Shown here: positions 39,087-47,387 of the stretch, piece by piece | How positions within the stretch are numbered: position 1 is the first letter of the stretch | How the letters are laid out: each line of letters begins with the position of its first letter | NCBI GenBank assembly: GCA_022795855.1 | Contig: JAAWHL010000001.1 | Location: 12,478 to 76,477 of the forward strand | Source of the DNA: Lawsonibacter sp. | GTDB taxonomy: Bacteria > Bacillota > Clostridia > Oscillospirales > Oscillospiraceae | Length of the DNA: 64,000 nt | Reading direction: 5' to 3' | Made by a program: the position numbers and the translations under genes | The notes under the pieces: generated by a model | The model's database searches: none | The model's input: only the letters and a program-made list of their open reading frames with translations | What the model was told of the DNA's origin: nothing

Positions 39087-40367
39087 GTGTCTGTATTGAA
39101 ACGGGAAAAGTACCAAAACTACATTGCCGCCGGGATTACCGCGTTTTTGGTGGTGGCCGCCGGACTGCTCCTGTTTTTCGCTATTTTCCATTTACAGGAC
39201 ATTCGGAGCTTCTTCGGCACGATCTCCTATATCCTGCGCCCGATATTTTACGGGCTTGTGCTGGCCTTTCTGCTGCTGCCGGTCCACCGGCAAATTTACC
39301 GCTTTCTTGACGGCTTGTTCCCGGCAGCCAAGGGAAAACCCAGGCCCAATCGGAAGTTTTTGAATCTGATTGCGATTGTTGCCAGTCTGCTGTTCGCCGC
39401 GCTGGTAATCTATCTGCTTCTTCTGATGGTCATCACGCAGGTTTACCCCAGCCTGGTAGGTCTGGTGGAGGCTGCGCCCGACTATATCCGAAACCTCCAG
39501 GCCTGGCTGACAGATTTCTTCCAGAACAATCCGGAGGTGGAGGAATCCATCCTGCCCTATTACAATTCCATCTCCATCTCCATTCAGGAGTGGCTGCAGT
39601 CCGACCTGATGCCCAATCTGGAGTCCGTGAACAGCACCCTCAACTGGATCCGCACCGAGATTCTGCCCAGCCTGACCAGTGTTGCCACCAACGTGTCCGC
39701 TGCTGTGATGGGTTTCTTCCTGCTGATGAAGGATTTGCTGATTGCCGTGATTGTCTCGGTCTACCTGCTGGCGCGCAAAGACCAGATGGCTGCGCAGAGC
39801 AAAAAAATTATTTACAGCCTGTTTCCCACCAAGTGGGGGGATCTGATTGTGGACGAGACCCGCAACGCTTACCGAATCCTCAGCGGCTTTATCAACGGAA
39901 AGCTGCTGGATTCCTTCATCATCGGCGTCATCTGCCTGGTCTGCTGCAACATTTTCAAGTTCCCGTACCCCGCCCTGGTGGCTACCGTGGTAGGCGTCAC
40001 CAACATCATTCCCTTCTTTGGCCCCTTTATCGGCGCCGTGCCCTGTGCGCTGCTGATTCTGCTGGTAAACCCCCTTCAGTGCGTCTACTTTGTTATCTTT
40101 ATCCTGGTTCTCCAGCAATTTGACGGAAATATCCTGGGCCCCAAGATTTTGGGCGACTCCACCGGCCTGGACGCCTTCTGGGTGCTGTTCTCCATCCTTC
40201 TGTTCGGCGGACTGTTCGGCTTCGGCGGCATGGTGCTGGGCGTTCCCGTATTTGCCATGATTTACAGCATCGTCAGCCAGTTGGTACGGTTCGGCCTGCA
40301 CAAGCGCGGCCTCCCCGAAGACACCGGCAACTATCTGGGCCAGACCGGCCCCCTGAGCAAGCAGTAA
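39087..40367 (+). CDS. AI-2E family (PerM/YhhT-like) transporter
   Basis: Multi-TM; NIIPFFGPFIG, QQFDGNIL.PKI.G. Confidence 0.9.
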   Translation: MSVLKREKYQNYIAAGITAFLVVAAGLLLFFAIFHLQDIRSFFGTISYILRPIFYGLVLAFLLLPVHRQIYRFLDGLFPAAKGKPRPNRKFLNLIAIVASLLFAALVIYLLLLMVITQVYPSLVGLVEAAPDYIRNLQAWLTDFFQNNPEVEESILPYYNSISISIQEWLQSDLMPNLESVNSTLNWIRTEILPSLTSVATNVSAAVMGFFLLMKDLLIAVIVSVYLLARKDQMAAQSKKIIYSLFPTKWGDLIVDETRNAYRILSGFINGKLLDSFIIGVICLVCCNIFKFPYPALVATVVGVTNIIPFFGPFIGAVPCALLILLVNPLQCVYFVIFILVLQQFDGNILGPKILGDSTGLDAFWVLFSILLFGGLFGFGGMVLGVPVFAMIYSIVSQLVRFGLHKRGLPEDTGNYLGQTGPLSKQ

Positions 40368-40371
40368 TGTC

Positions 40372-40410
40372 AAAACGCGCCTGGCAGGAAGTCCTGCCGG
40401 GCGCGTTTTT
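40372..40410. terminator. Bidirectional terminator between convergent genes
   Basis: AAAACGCGCCTGGCAGG / CCTGCCGGGCGCGTTTT. Confidence 0.8.
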
Positions 40411-40438
40411 CTATGCGATGGAACGGGAGTCCCTGTTA

Positions 40439-40598
40439 GAGCCTGTTTAATATCTCGAAGTCTGCCGAATGGCAGGGAATTTTGCCGCCAGGCAAGGCAA
40501 ATTTTCGCAGGAATCCTTGGCGGCTTCCAAGAAGATTTCACGCAGTATGGCGGCAAAAGGCCCGCCAGCCGGTGTGCTGAGTGATGTTAAACAGGCTC
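40439..40598. mobile_element. 160-bp MITE with 12-bp TIRs and TTA target duplication
   Basis: TTA|GAGCCTGTTTAA ... TTAAACAGGCTC|TTA; no ORF inside. Confidence 0.85.
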
Positions 40599-41840
40599 TT
40601 ACATGGAGGTGGTCAGAACCTTTTTCAGATGAGCAAAGCGGGGGAGGGAGTTCTCCTTGGGGCTCTCGGGCTCGCCCTGAATCAGGGGGAGCACATAGTC
40701 CAGGAAGGGCTGCTCCACACCGTTCCCCGCGGCGTTAATCCACTCGCGGGGGACCTTCTTCTCGAAGTTCGCCACAATATCCAGGGGCTCCAGGGAGGTT
40801 TTGCACTGATAGCCGCCCTCGCGGGTACACTGGAAAGCGACCATCTTGTCCGTAACGCCGGATACGGCGGCCTCCACCGCAGCGGATCCGGCCTGCCATG
40901 CCTCCTCCACGTCGGTTTTGGAGGCGGCGTGGGAGGCGCAGCGCTGAAGCAGAGACAGCTCAATGCCCCTCACCTTGGCCCCGGTGTTCTTTTTGACCAC
41001 CTCAGCCAGCATCACGGCCAGGCCGCCCAGCTGGGCGTGGCCGAAGCCGTCGGTGGCGGAGGTCTCCGCCTCGGACACAAAGCGGCCGTCGGCATAGTGG
41101 ATGCCCTCGGACACAGCCACCATGCACTTGCCGGTCTTCTCATAGACGGCCTTTACATCGGCAATGAAACGGTCCATGTCGAAATCCACCTCGGGCAGGT
41201 AGACCAGGTCAGGACCGCACCCGGTGAGGGAGGCCAGGGCGGCGGAACCGGCCAGCCAGCCGGCGTGGCGGCCCATGATTTCCACCACTGTGACCATGCC
41301 GGTGTCATACACGTGGGCGTCCTGCCAGACCTCGGCGCAGGAGGTGGCGATATACTTGGCGGCGGAGGCAAAGCCGGGGCAGTGGTCGGTACCGTTCAAA
41401 TCATTGTCAATGGTCTTGGGTACGCCCATAATCCGGCACTCGTACCCGGATTTCTGCATATACTTGGAGATTTTGTTGCAGGTGTCCATAGAGTCATTTC
41501 CGCCGTTATAGAAGAAATAACGGACATTGTATTTCTGGAAAATTTCCAGGATCCGCTTGTAATCCGTGTCGTCCGCGTCGGGGTCGGCCAGCTTGTAGCG
41601 GCAGGAGCCCAGAGCGGAGGAGGGGGTGTACTTCAGCAGCTCCAGCTCGGCGGGATCCTCCTGGCCCATGTCGTACAGCTTGTCATCCAGCACGCCCTTA
41701 ATCCCATGCGCGGCCCCCAGAACCCGGGTGATGCAGCCCTGCTGCAGGGCGGTCTGGATCACGCCCTGCGCGCTGGCGTTGATTACGGCGGTGGGGCCGC
41801 CGGACTGGCCGATGATGCAGGCGCCGGTAAGTTGATTCAT
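40599..41840 (-). CDS. 6-phosphofructokinase, probably PPi-dependent
   Basis: GQSGGPTAVIN, GGNDS and PKTIDND (Asp/Lys PPi signature), MGRHAG. Confidence 0.9.
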   Translation of the reverse strand: MNQLTGACIIGQSGGPTAVINASAQGVIQTALQQGCITRVLGAAHGIKGVLDDKLYDMGQEDPAELELLKYTPSSALGSCRYKLADPDADDTDYKRILEIFQKYNVRYFFYNGGNDSMDTCNKISKYMQKSGYECRIMGVPKTIDNDLNGTDHCPGFASAAKYIATSCAEVWQDAHVYDTGMVTVVEIMGRHAGWLAGSAALASLTGCGPDLVYLPEVDFDMDRFIADVKAVYEKTGKCMVAVSEGIHYADGRFVSEAETSATDGFGHAQLGGLAVMLAEVVKKNTGAKVRGIELSLLQRCASHAASKTDVEEAWQAGSAAVEAAVSGVTDKMVAFQCTREGGYQCKTSLEPLDIVANFEKKVPREWINAAGNGVEQPFLDYVLPLIQGEPESPKENSLPRFAHLKKVLTTSM

Positions 41841-41920
41841 GTTGATGTCCTCCTTCAAAAATAGCCGAAAATGAAATGTGCATAACTGGAAAATTCTCTC
41901 CTAAATAATAGCATGTCCTC

Positions 41921-41949
41921 TTGTAATTATCAATTGGAAATGGTACAAT
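41921..41949 (+). promoter_or_regulatory. Sigma-A promoter of fba (divergent from pfk)
   Basis: TTGTAA-17 bp-TACAAT with extended TG. Confidence 0.65.
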
Positions 41950-41983
41950 ATGAAGCGTAATTTTCAAGAAGGAGATGGTAATT

Positions 41984-42949
41984 ATGCCATTAGTTACTAC
42001 GACCGAAATGTTCAAGAAGGCTTACGACGGCGGCTACGCCATCGGCGCTTTCAACGTCAACAACATGGAGATCGTCCAGGGCATCACCGAGGCGGCCAAG
42101 GAGGTCAACGCCCCCCTGATCCTTCAGGTTTCCAAGGGCGCCCGGGCCTACGCCAACCATACCTATCTGGTCAAACTGGTGGAGTCCGCCATCATTGAGA
42201 CCGGCCTGCCCATCTGCCTGCACTTGGACCACGGCGACAGCTTTGAGACCTGCAAGTCCTGTGTGGACGGCGGATTTACTTCTGTCATGATCGACGCCAG
42301 CTCCAAGCCCTTTGCCGAGAATATTGAGATTACCAAGAAGGTGGTGGAGTACGCCCACGACCACGGCGTGGTGGTAGAGGCCGAGCTGGGCAGCCTGGCC
42401 GGCGTGGAGGACGAGGTCCAGGTCTCCGCAGAGGATTCCTCCTATACCCGCCCCGAGGAGGTCCAGGAGTTCGTGGAGAAAACCGGCTGCGACTCCCTGG
42501 CCATCGCCATCGGCACCAGCCATGGCGCTTACAAGTTTACCGCCGCCCAGTGCACCCGCAACGAAAAGGGCGAGCTGGTTCCTCCGCCCCTGCGCTTCGA
42601 CATTCTGGACGAGGTGTCCAAGCGCCTGCCCGGTTTCCCCATCGTGCTCCACGGCTCCTCCAGCGTGCCCCAGGAGTTTGTACGGATGATTAACTCCAAC
42701 GGCGGAAAGATGCCCGACGCCGTGGGGATTCCCGAGGAGCAGCTGCGTCAGGCTGCCCGCGGTGCCGTCTGCAAAATCAACATCGACTCTGACCTGCGTC
42801 TGGCCATGACCGGCACCATCCGTCAGTTCTTTGTCGAGCATCCCGACAAGTTTGACCCCCGCGAGTACCTGAAACCCGCCCGGGCCAACATCAAGGAGCT
42901 GGTCAAGCACAAGCTGATTGACGTTCTGGGCTGCGACGGCAAGGCGTAA
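41984..42949 (+). CDS. fba: Class II fructose-bisphosphate aldolase
   Basis: AFNVNN, HLDHG, VEAELG, IGTSHG, VLHG.S. Confidence 0.96.
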   Translation: MPLVTTTEMFKKAYDGGYAIGAFNVNNMEIVQGITEAAKEVNAPLILQVSKGARAYANHTYLVKLVESAIIETGLPICLHLDHGDSFETCKSCVDGGFTSVMIDASSKPFAENIEITKKVVEYAHDHGVVVEAELGSLAGVEDEVQVSAEDSSYTRPEEVQEFVEKTGCDSLAIAIGTSHGAYKFTAAQCTRNEKGELVPPPLRFDILDEVSKRLPGFPIVLHGSSSVPQEFVRMINSNGGKMPDAVGIPEEQLRQAARGAVCKINIDSDLRLAMTGTIRQFFVEHPDKFDPREYLKPARANIKELVKHKLIDVLGCDGKA

Positions 42950-43004
42950 TCCGAAATACGAAAAGGGGAGGGAGACCTCCCCTTTAGTTTTTATGAGGTA
43001 AAAA

Positions 43005-43634
43005 ATGGAAGAAATTTTCACAATTTCCTGCGGAAACGCCAACGTCTACCTGATTACCGGCCCTGACGGAAGAAGCATCCTGATTGACACCGGAACCGAG
43101 CGGTATCGGGAAAAGGTCCTGAAGCAGTGCGCCGCACGGAAGATGACTTTGATTTTCCTGACGCACGGGCATTTTGACCACTGCCAAAATGTCGCCTATT
43201 TAGCGCGGGCGCTGAATTGCCCTGTGGGCATCGGTGCGGAGGATATCCCGCTGGTTCAAGCCGGTGTGAAACGGAGCGTATGCGGCTGCGGAATATGGGG
43301 ACAATGCTACGCGGCCGCCTCCAACTGGAATATCCGGCACCAGAAAATTCCCGCGTTCCAGCCAACGGTCACGCTGTCGGATGGAATGTCCCTTTCTGAG
43401 TACGGGATAGACGGGCAGGTAATCGCTCTCCCGGGTCATACTCAGGGCTCTGTGGGCGCCTTGCTGAACTCCGGATCCCTGTTTGTCGGAGATGCCATGC
43501 AGAGCATTCCGCGTCCTGCCGCCTCCTGGTGCTTTGAGGACCGGGAGGCCATGGAGCGCAGCGTGTCCGCCATCCGGCAGAGGGGCGTTTCGCGTATTTA
43601 CTGCGGACACGGACGCACGCCTCGCGGAACCTGA
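43005..43634 (+). CDS. MBL-fold metallo-hydrolase
   Basis: THGHFDH, PGHT, GDA, GHG. Confidence 0.9.
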   Translation: MEEIFTISCGNANVYLITGPDGRSILIDTGTERYREKVLKQCAARKMTLIFLTHGHFDHCQNVAYLARALNCPVGIGAEDIPLVQAGVKRSVCGCGIWGQCYAAASNWNIRHQKIPAFQPTVTLSDGMSLSEYGIDGQVIALPGHTQGSVGALLNSGSLFVGDAMQSIPRPAASWCFEDREAMERSVSAIRQRGVSRIYCGHGRTPRGT

Positions 43635-43907
43635 TCAAAAAATGCCGGGACAGGGGAGGGGAGAAGCGGTTATACTTTGAGCCGGGGTTCACCCGCCGCA
43701 TTTAACCGCGCCTTCCAAAGTATCAGCCGGCGCCCGGCACAGCGGAGCCTCAGTTCCAGGTTTGCCTGCCCAGGATCTGTGCACAATAGGTAAAGAAAAC
43801 CTAAGTTTTGTTTACCTGTAAAACGCAACATCAAACCGCGCCTCCCACAGGACGGCGCGTTTTGTGTTCCCTGCGCATAGAATAGCTGGAAAGGGGAGTG
43901 GCCAACT

Positions 43908-44444
43908 ATGCCGAACATCATCCCATACAACCGCCAGGCTGCGGTCGCGTACGCCCACCGCTGGGCGTACGGGCGCAATCCTATCTTCTATGATTACGAG
44001 CTAATCGGGGGAGACTGTACCAACTTTGCCTCTCAATGCCTCTATGCCGGAACCGGAATTATGAACTTTACCCCAACCTTTGGATGGTACTATATTGACG
44101 CCAACGATAAAGCGCCCGCATGGACCGGAGTCCCATACTTTTTCAACTTTATAACCAGGAAGGAACAGACGCAGGGCCCCTTTGGCGCGGAGGTTCCTGC
44201 GGAACGGCTGGATATCCTGATGCCGGGAGATTTTGTTCAGCTCCGGTTTGCCAATGATATCTACGGCCATACGCCGATTATTGTTGAAATCAAACGGCCT
44301 GTCTCTTTGGACAACATCCTGGTGGCGGCCCACAGCCAAAATGCAGATTACCGCCCCTTGAGCAGCTATTCCTATCAGGAAATCCGCTTTATCCACATCT
44401 TAGGGGCATTTTCACCCAGACCGCGCCCTTTTGATGTGATATAA
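43908..44444 (+). CDS. Putative amidase domain (Amidase_6/YhbB-like) protein
   Basis: YNR.AAV.YA, GGDCTNFASQCL, AW..V, H, AAH. Confidence 0.85.
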   Translation: MPNIIPYNRQAAVAYAHRWAYGRNPIFYDYELIGGDCTNFASQCLYAGTGIMNFTPTFGWYYIDANDKAPAWTGVPYFFNFITRKEQTQGPFGAEVPAERLDILMPGDFVQLRFANDIYGHTPIIVEIKRPVSLDNILVAAHSQNADYRPLSSYSYQEIRFIHILGAFSPRPRPFDVI

Positions 44445-44450
44445 GCCCTG

Positions 44451-45488
44451 TTAATCTTGAGAATCCGGTTCCTTCGGCGCTGTCTTTTTACTTTTCCGGA
44501 CCTTTGCAAGCGGATTGGCCCGAGCTGCAGTACGCAGATTCTCGCTATCAATGTGGGTGTAGATTTGGGTCGTATTCAGATTATCGTGCCCGAGAACCTC
44601 CTGAAGTGTACGTACATCCACGCCGTTTTGCAGCATCAGCGTGGCGGCGGTGTGACGCAGCTTGTGGGAAGAGTACTGGCTGGAATCCAGTCCCGCCGCA
44701 GCCAAATGCTTCTTTACCAGCTTGTGTACCGCCGCAGTGGAAATTCTTCGCCGGTTTTGCAGGGTGACAAACAGGGCATTCCTGTCCACCAGCGTCAACG
44801 CACTGCGTTCCGTCAGCCAGTCCTGAAGCGCATTTTGACAGGCTTCATTCAAATAGAGAATGCGCTCTTTATTCCCTTTTCCCAAAACACGCAGTTGACC
44901 TTCTCGAACGTCTGTAACATTCAATCCGACCAGCTCAGAAATACGCAGGCCGCAGTTCAAAAACAGCGTCAGAATACAATAATCCCGGCTGGAATTTTTC
45001 CCCTCTACACTGTCCAGCAATTCTATGCTCTCGTCTAAATCCAGATAGCGCGGCAAGGCCTTTTTCAGACGCGGTGAGTCCAAATCCTGCATGGGATTTT
45101 CTTTCATCAGTTTCGCCTTAACGGTTAAGTACTTGTAAAATGAACGTATAGTGGCGATTTTTCGGGCGCGGGCTGACGGCGCCAGGCCGTAGGATGTGGA
45201 ATCGCTGTTGGGATGAGCTGCCCGGTCCCGGGAAAGATAACTCATGTAATTGTAAACATCCGTCAGTGTTACCGAAGAAACCAATTCTAAATCCACATCG
45301 TCAATTGAAATGGAGTCCATAGGGACGTCTTTTTCTGCAAGCCGGCGCTGCACCTTCAAATAACGGAAAAAATTGCGCAGGTCCAGAAAATATTCATCAA
45401 CAGTCTTTTTTGAGTGGTTCTGAATCGTTTCATGGTACACCAGAAAGTCCCGGATAATGGGCGGCGCTTCTGTACGATAATCTGTCAT
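44451..45488 (-). CDS. Tyrosine recombinase, XerS/XerC-like (345 aa)
   Basis: Intact R (GLRISE), K (GKGNKER), HxxR (HKLRH), H (LGH), Y (TQIYTH); no mobile genes nearby. Confidence 0.92.
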   Translation of the reverse strand: MTDYRTEAPPIIRDFLVYHETIQNHSKKTVDEYFLDLRNFFRYLKVQRRLAEKDVPMDSISIDDVDLELVSSVTLTDVYNYMSYLSRDRAAHPNSDSTSYGLAPSARARKIATIRSFYKYLTVKAKLMKENPMQDLDSPRLKKALPRYLDLDESIELLDSVEGKNSSRDYCILTLFLNCGLRISELVGLNVTDVREGQLRVLGKGNKERILYLNEACQNALQDWLTERSALTLVDRNALFVTLQNRRRISTAAVHKLVKKHLAAAGLDSSQYSSHKLRHTAATLMLQNGVDVRTLQEVLGHDNLNTTQIYTHIDSENLRTAARANPLAKVRKSKKTAPKEPDSQD

Positions 45489-45548
45489 GGCAATCTTATT
45501 AGGCGCGTCTGACGGCAAACTAGCTGTATAGCTGTATTTGCCTCCTCT

Positions 45549-45580
45549 CAGGTCAACAAAATTTTTATTTTGTTGACCTG
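45549..45580. other. Candidate dif site (13-6-13 perfect palindrome)
   Basis: CAGGTCAACAAAA-TTTTTA-TTTTGTTGACCTG, 61 bp upstream of the recombinase start, at the gene-orientation switch. Confidence 0.65.
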
Positions 45581-45855
45581 TGTGTTTCCGTGCGCTCCTC
45601 TCTCCTCTCTCCTCCGGATATCCCCATACTATCACGGCCGTCCGGATTTAGCAATAGGAAAAGTTCGCGCATCCAGGTTACCGAGAGAACCAGCAGCGCG
45701 GCAAACGCCAGCAGAAGCCCGTAGAACACCCAGGACGGCAGGAAAAAGAATGAAAACAGGATGGCCAGGGACAGCGGGAAAATCAGGCACAGTACAAGCC
45801 ACAGCCTAGCGGCGAGACTTGCCGAACCAGCTGCGGGCCGGACGGAATACATCAT
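45565..45855 (-). CDS. Small two-TM membrane protein
   Basis: GAGGTG RBS; two hydrophobic segments; stop codon lies inside the palindrome. Confidence 0.55.
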   Translation of the reverse strand: MMYSVRPAAGSASLAARLWLVLCLIFPLSLAILFSFFFLPSWVFYGLLLAFAALLVLSVTWMRELFLLLNPDGRDSMGISGGERREERTETHRSTK

Positions 45856-45956
45856 AAATCACCTCAGAAATGGATTTTTGCAGAGTATCCCTCCCCTTTT
45901 CTTGTCTACATCAAAGCTCTGACTAACTGAGTCCGGCGCAGCGTCCCGGCGGCCTG

Positions 45957-46880
45957 TCAGAGCCGCAGCGGATGTCCGGCCAGGTAGGCGGCGGCGGACA
46001 TCCGCTTGCTGCCCGGAGGCTGAAGAACTGTAAGGCGGAGTACCTTGCCATCTCCGCAGGCCACGCCGATTCCCTCCCTGCCGGCGGAGACCACAGTGCC
46101 CGGGCAGGCAGAGGCCGTCTCACCGGTGGTTTCAGACTGAAACACCTTGATGGTCTGGCCGGAAATCACGTCAGTGGAGGCGGCGGGCCAGGGAAACAGG
46201 CCGCGAATCTGGTTGTGAATCTCCCGGGCGGACCGGGTCCAGTCGATGGGCGAGAGCGCCCGGGAGAGCATGGGGGCCAGCGTCGCCTGACTGTGGTCCT
46301 GGGGGATGCGCTGGGCGGCGCCCGCCTCAATCTGGGCGGCGGTCTCCGCCAGCAGAGTGCCGCCCATCCGGGCCAGGCGGCCATACAGCTCCTCCGCCGA
46401 TTCGTCCGGGCCGATGGGGGTGACGGCCCGGGCAATCATATCCCCCGCGTCCAGTTCCGGGGCCATATACATGATGGTGATGCCGGTTTCCGTCTCCCCG
46501 TTGATGACCGCCCAGTTAATGGGCGCGGATCCCCGATACTTTGGCAGCAGCGAGGCGTGGACATTGATGCACCCTCTGGGCGGCAGAGTCAAAATCTCCT
46601 CCGGCAGAAGCCGCCCGTAGGCCACTGCCGCAATCATCTCGGGAGACAGCTCACGCAGCAGCTGCAAGGCTGTCCCGTCCCGCAGCTTCTCCGGCTGAAA
46701 CACTGGAATGCCCCGGGCCTGGGCACACACCTTGACCGGCGGCGGCTGCAGCTTGTTCTGATGCCGCCCCACCGGCTTGTCCGGCTGGCTGAAGACCCCA
46801 ACCACCTGATGCCCGGCCTCAATCAGCGCCTCCAGCGAGGGCACGGCGAAGTCGGGCGTTCCCATGAATACAATTCTCAT
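45957..46880 (-). CDS. fmt: Methionyl-tRNA formyltransferase
   Basis: FMGTPDFA, INVHASLLPKYRGSAPI. Confidence 0.96.
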   Translation of the reverse strand: MRIVFMGTPDFAVPSLEALIEAGHQVVGVFSQPDKPVGRHQNKLQPPPVKVCAQARGIPVFQPEKLRDGTALQLLRELSPEMIAAVAYGRLLPEEILTLPPRGCINVHASLLPKYRGSAPINWAVINGETETGITIMYMAPELDAGDMIARAVTPIGPDESAEELYGRLARMGGTLLAETAAQIEAGAAQRIPQDHSQATLAPMLSRALSPIDWTRSAREIHNQIRGLFPWPAASTDVISGQTIKVFQSETTGETASACPGTVVSAGREGIGVACGDGKVLRLTVLQPPGSKRMSAAAYLAGHPLRL

Positions 46881-47368
46881 ACCCCACCGTCCTCCATCAT
46901 GGCGTCCAGCTCCTCGCTGGTGTACAGCCGGTCGGTCAGCTCGGTATACAGATGCCCCTCCAGATGGGCCAGCTCGTGGCAGAAGCAGCGGGCGGTCATG
47001 GCCTCCCCCTCCCGCTGGAAGAGATTTCCGTGCCGGTCCTGGGCCTGAATCTTCACCCGCATGGGGCGCTTCACGGTGCCCCACAGCCCGGGAACGGACA
47101 GGCAGCCCTCCAGCCCTTCCTGCTCCCCGCTCTGCTCCAGAATCTCGGGGTTGACCAGCTCAAGCATCTCCCCCGCGTCGTCCACCACAATCACGGCCCG
47201 GCGCAGAATGCCCACCTGAGGGGCCGCCAGGCCCGCCCCGTTGGCGGCGGCCAGCGTCTCCTTCAAATCGTCCAGCAGATTCCACAGCTTCTGGTCAAAC
47301 CGGGTCACAGGGTGGCACCGTTTGGTCAAAATCGGGTCCTCCCGGGTGAGAATGGTACGTATCGCCAT
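46877..47368 (-). CDS. def: Peptide deformylase
   Basis: GAGLAAPQ, EGCLS, HELAH. Confidence 0.96.
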   Translation of the reverse strand: MAIRTILTREDPILTKRCHPVTRFDQKLWNLLDDLKETLAAANGAGLAAPQVGILRRAVIVVDDAGEMLELVNPEILEQSGEQEGLEGCLSVPGLWGTVKRPMRVKIQAQDRHGNLFQREGEAMTARCFCHELAHLEGHLYTELTDRLYTSEELDAMMEDGGV

Positions 47369-47387
47369 AGTGAACCGTCTCCTTTTT

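Noticed and set aside
43670-43978. 102-aa minus-strand ORF between the MBL hydrolase and amidase genes
   Set aside because: It overlaps the amidase start, has no RBS or domain, and runs through a hairpin (43789-43818).
44451-45488. Recombinase as a prophage or ICE integrase
   Set aside because: No phage, conjugation or att/tRNA context; it is flanked by core genes and sits at the strand switch.
45549-45580. Palindrome as a simple intrinsic terminator for the 45565-45855 ORF
   Set aside because: AT-rich stem, no U-tract on the minus strand, and it overlaps the stop codon; not excluded but less likely than a protein-binding site.
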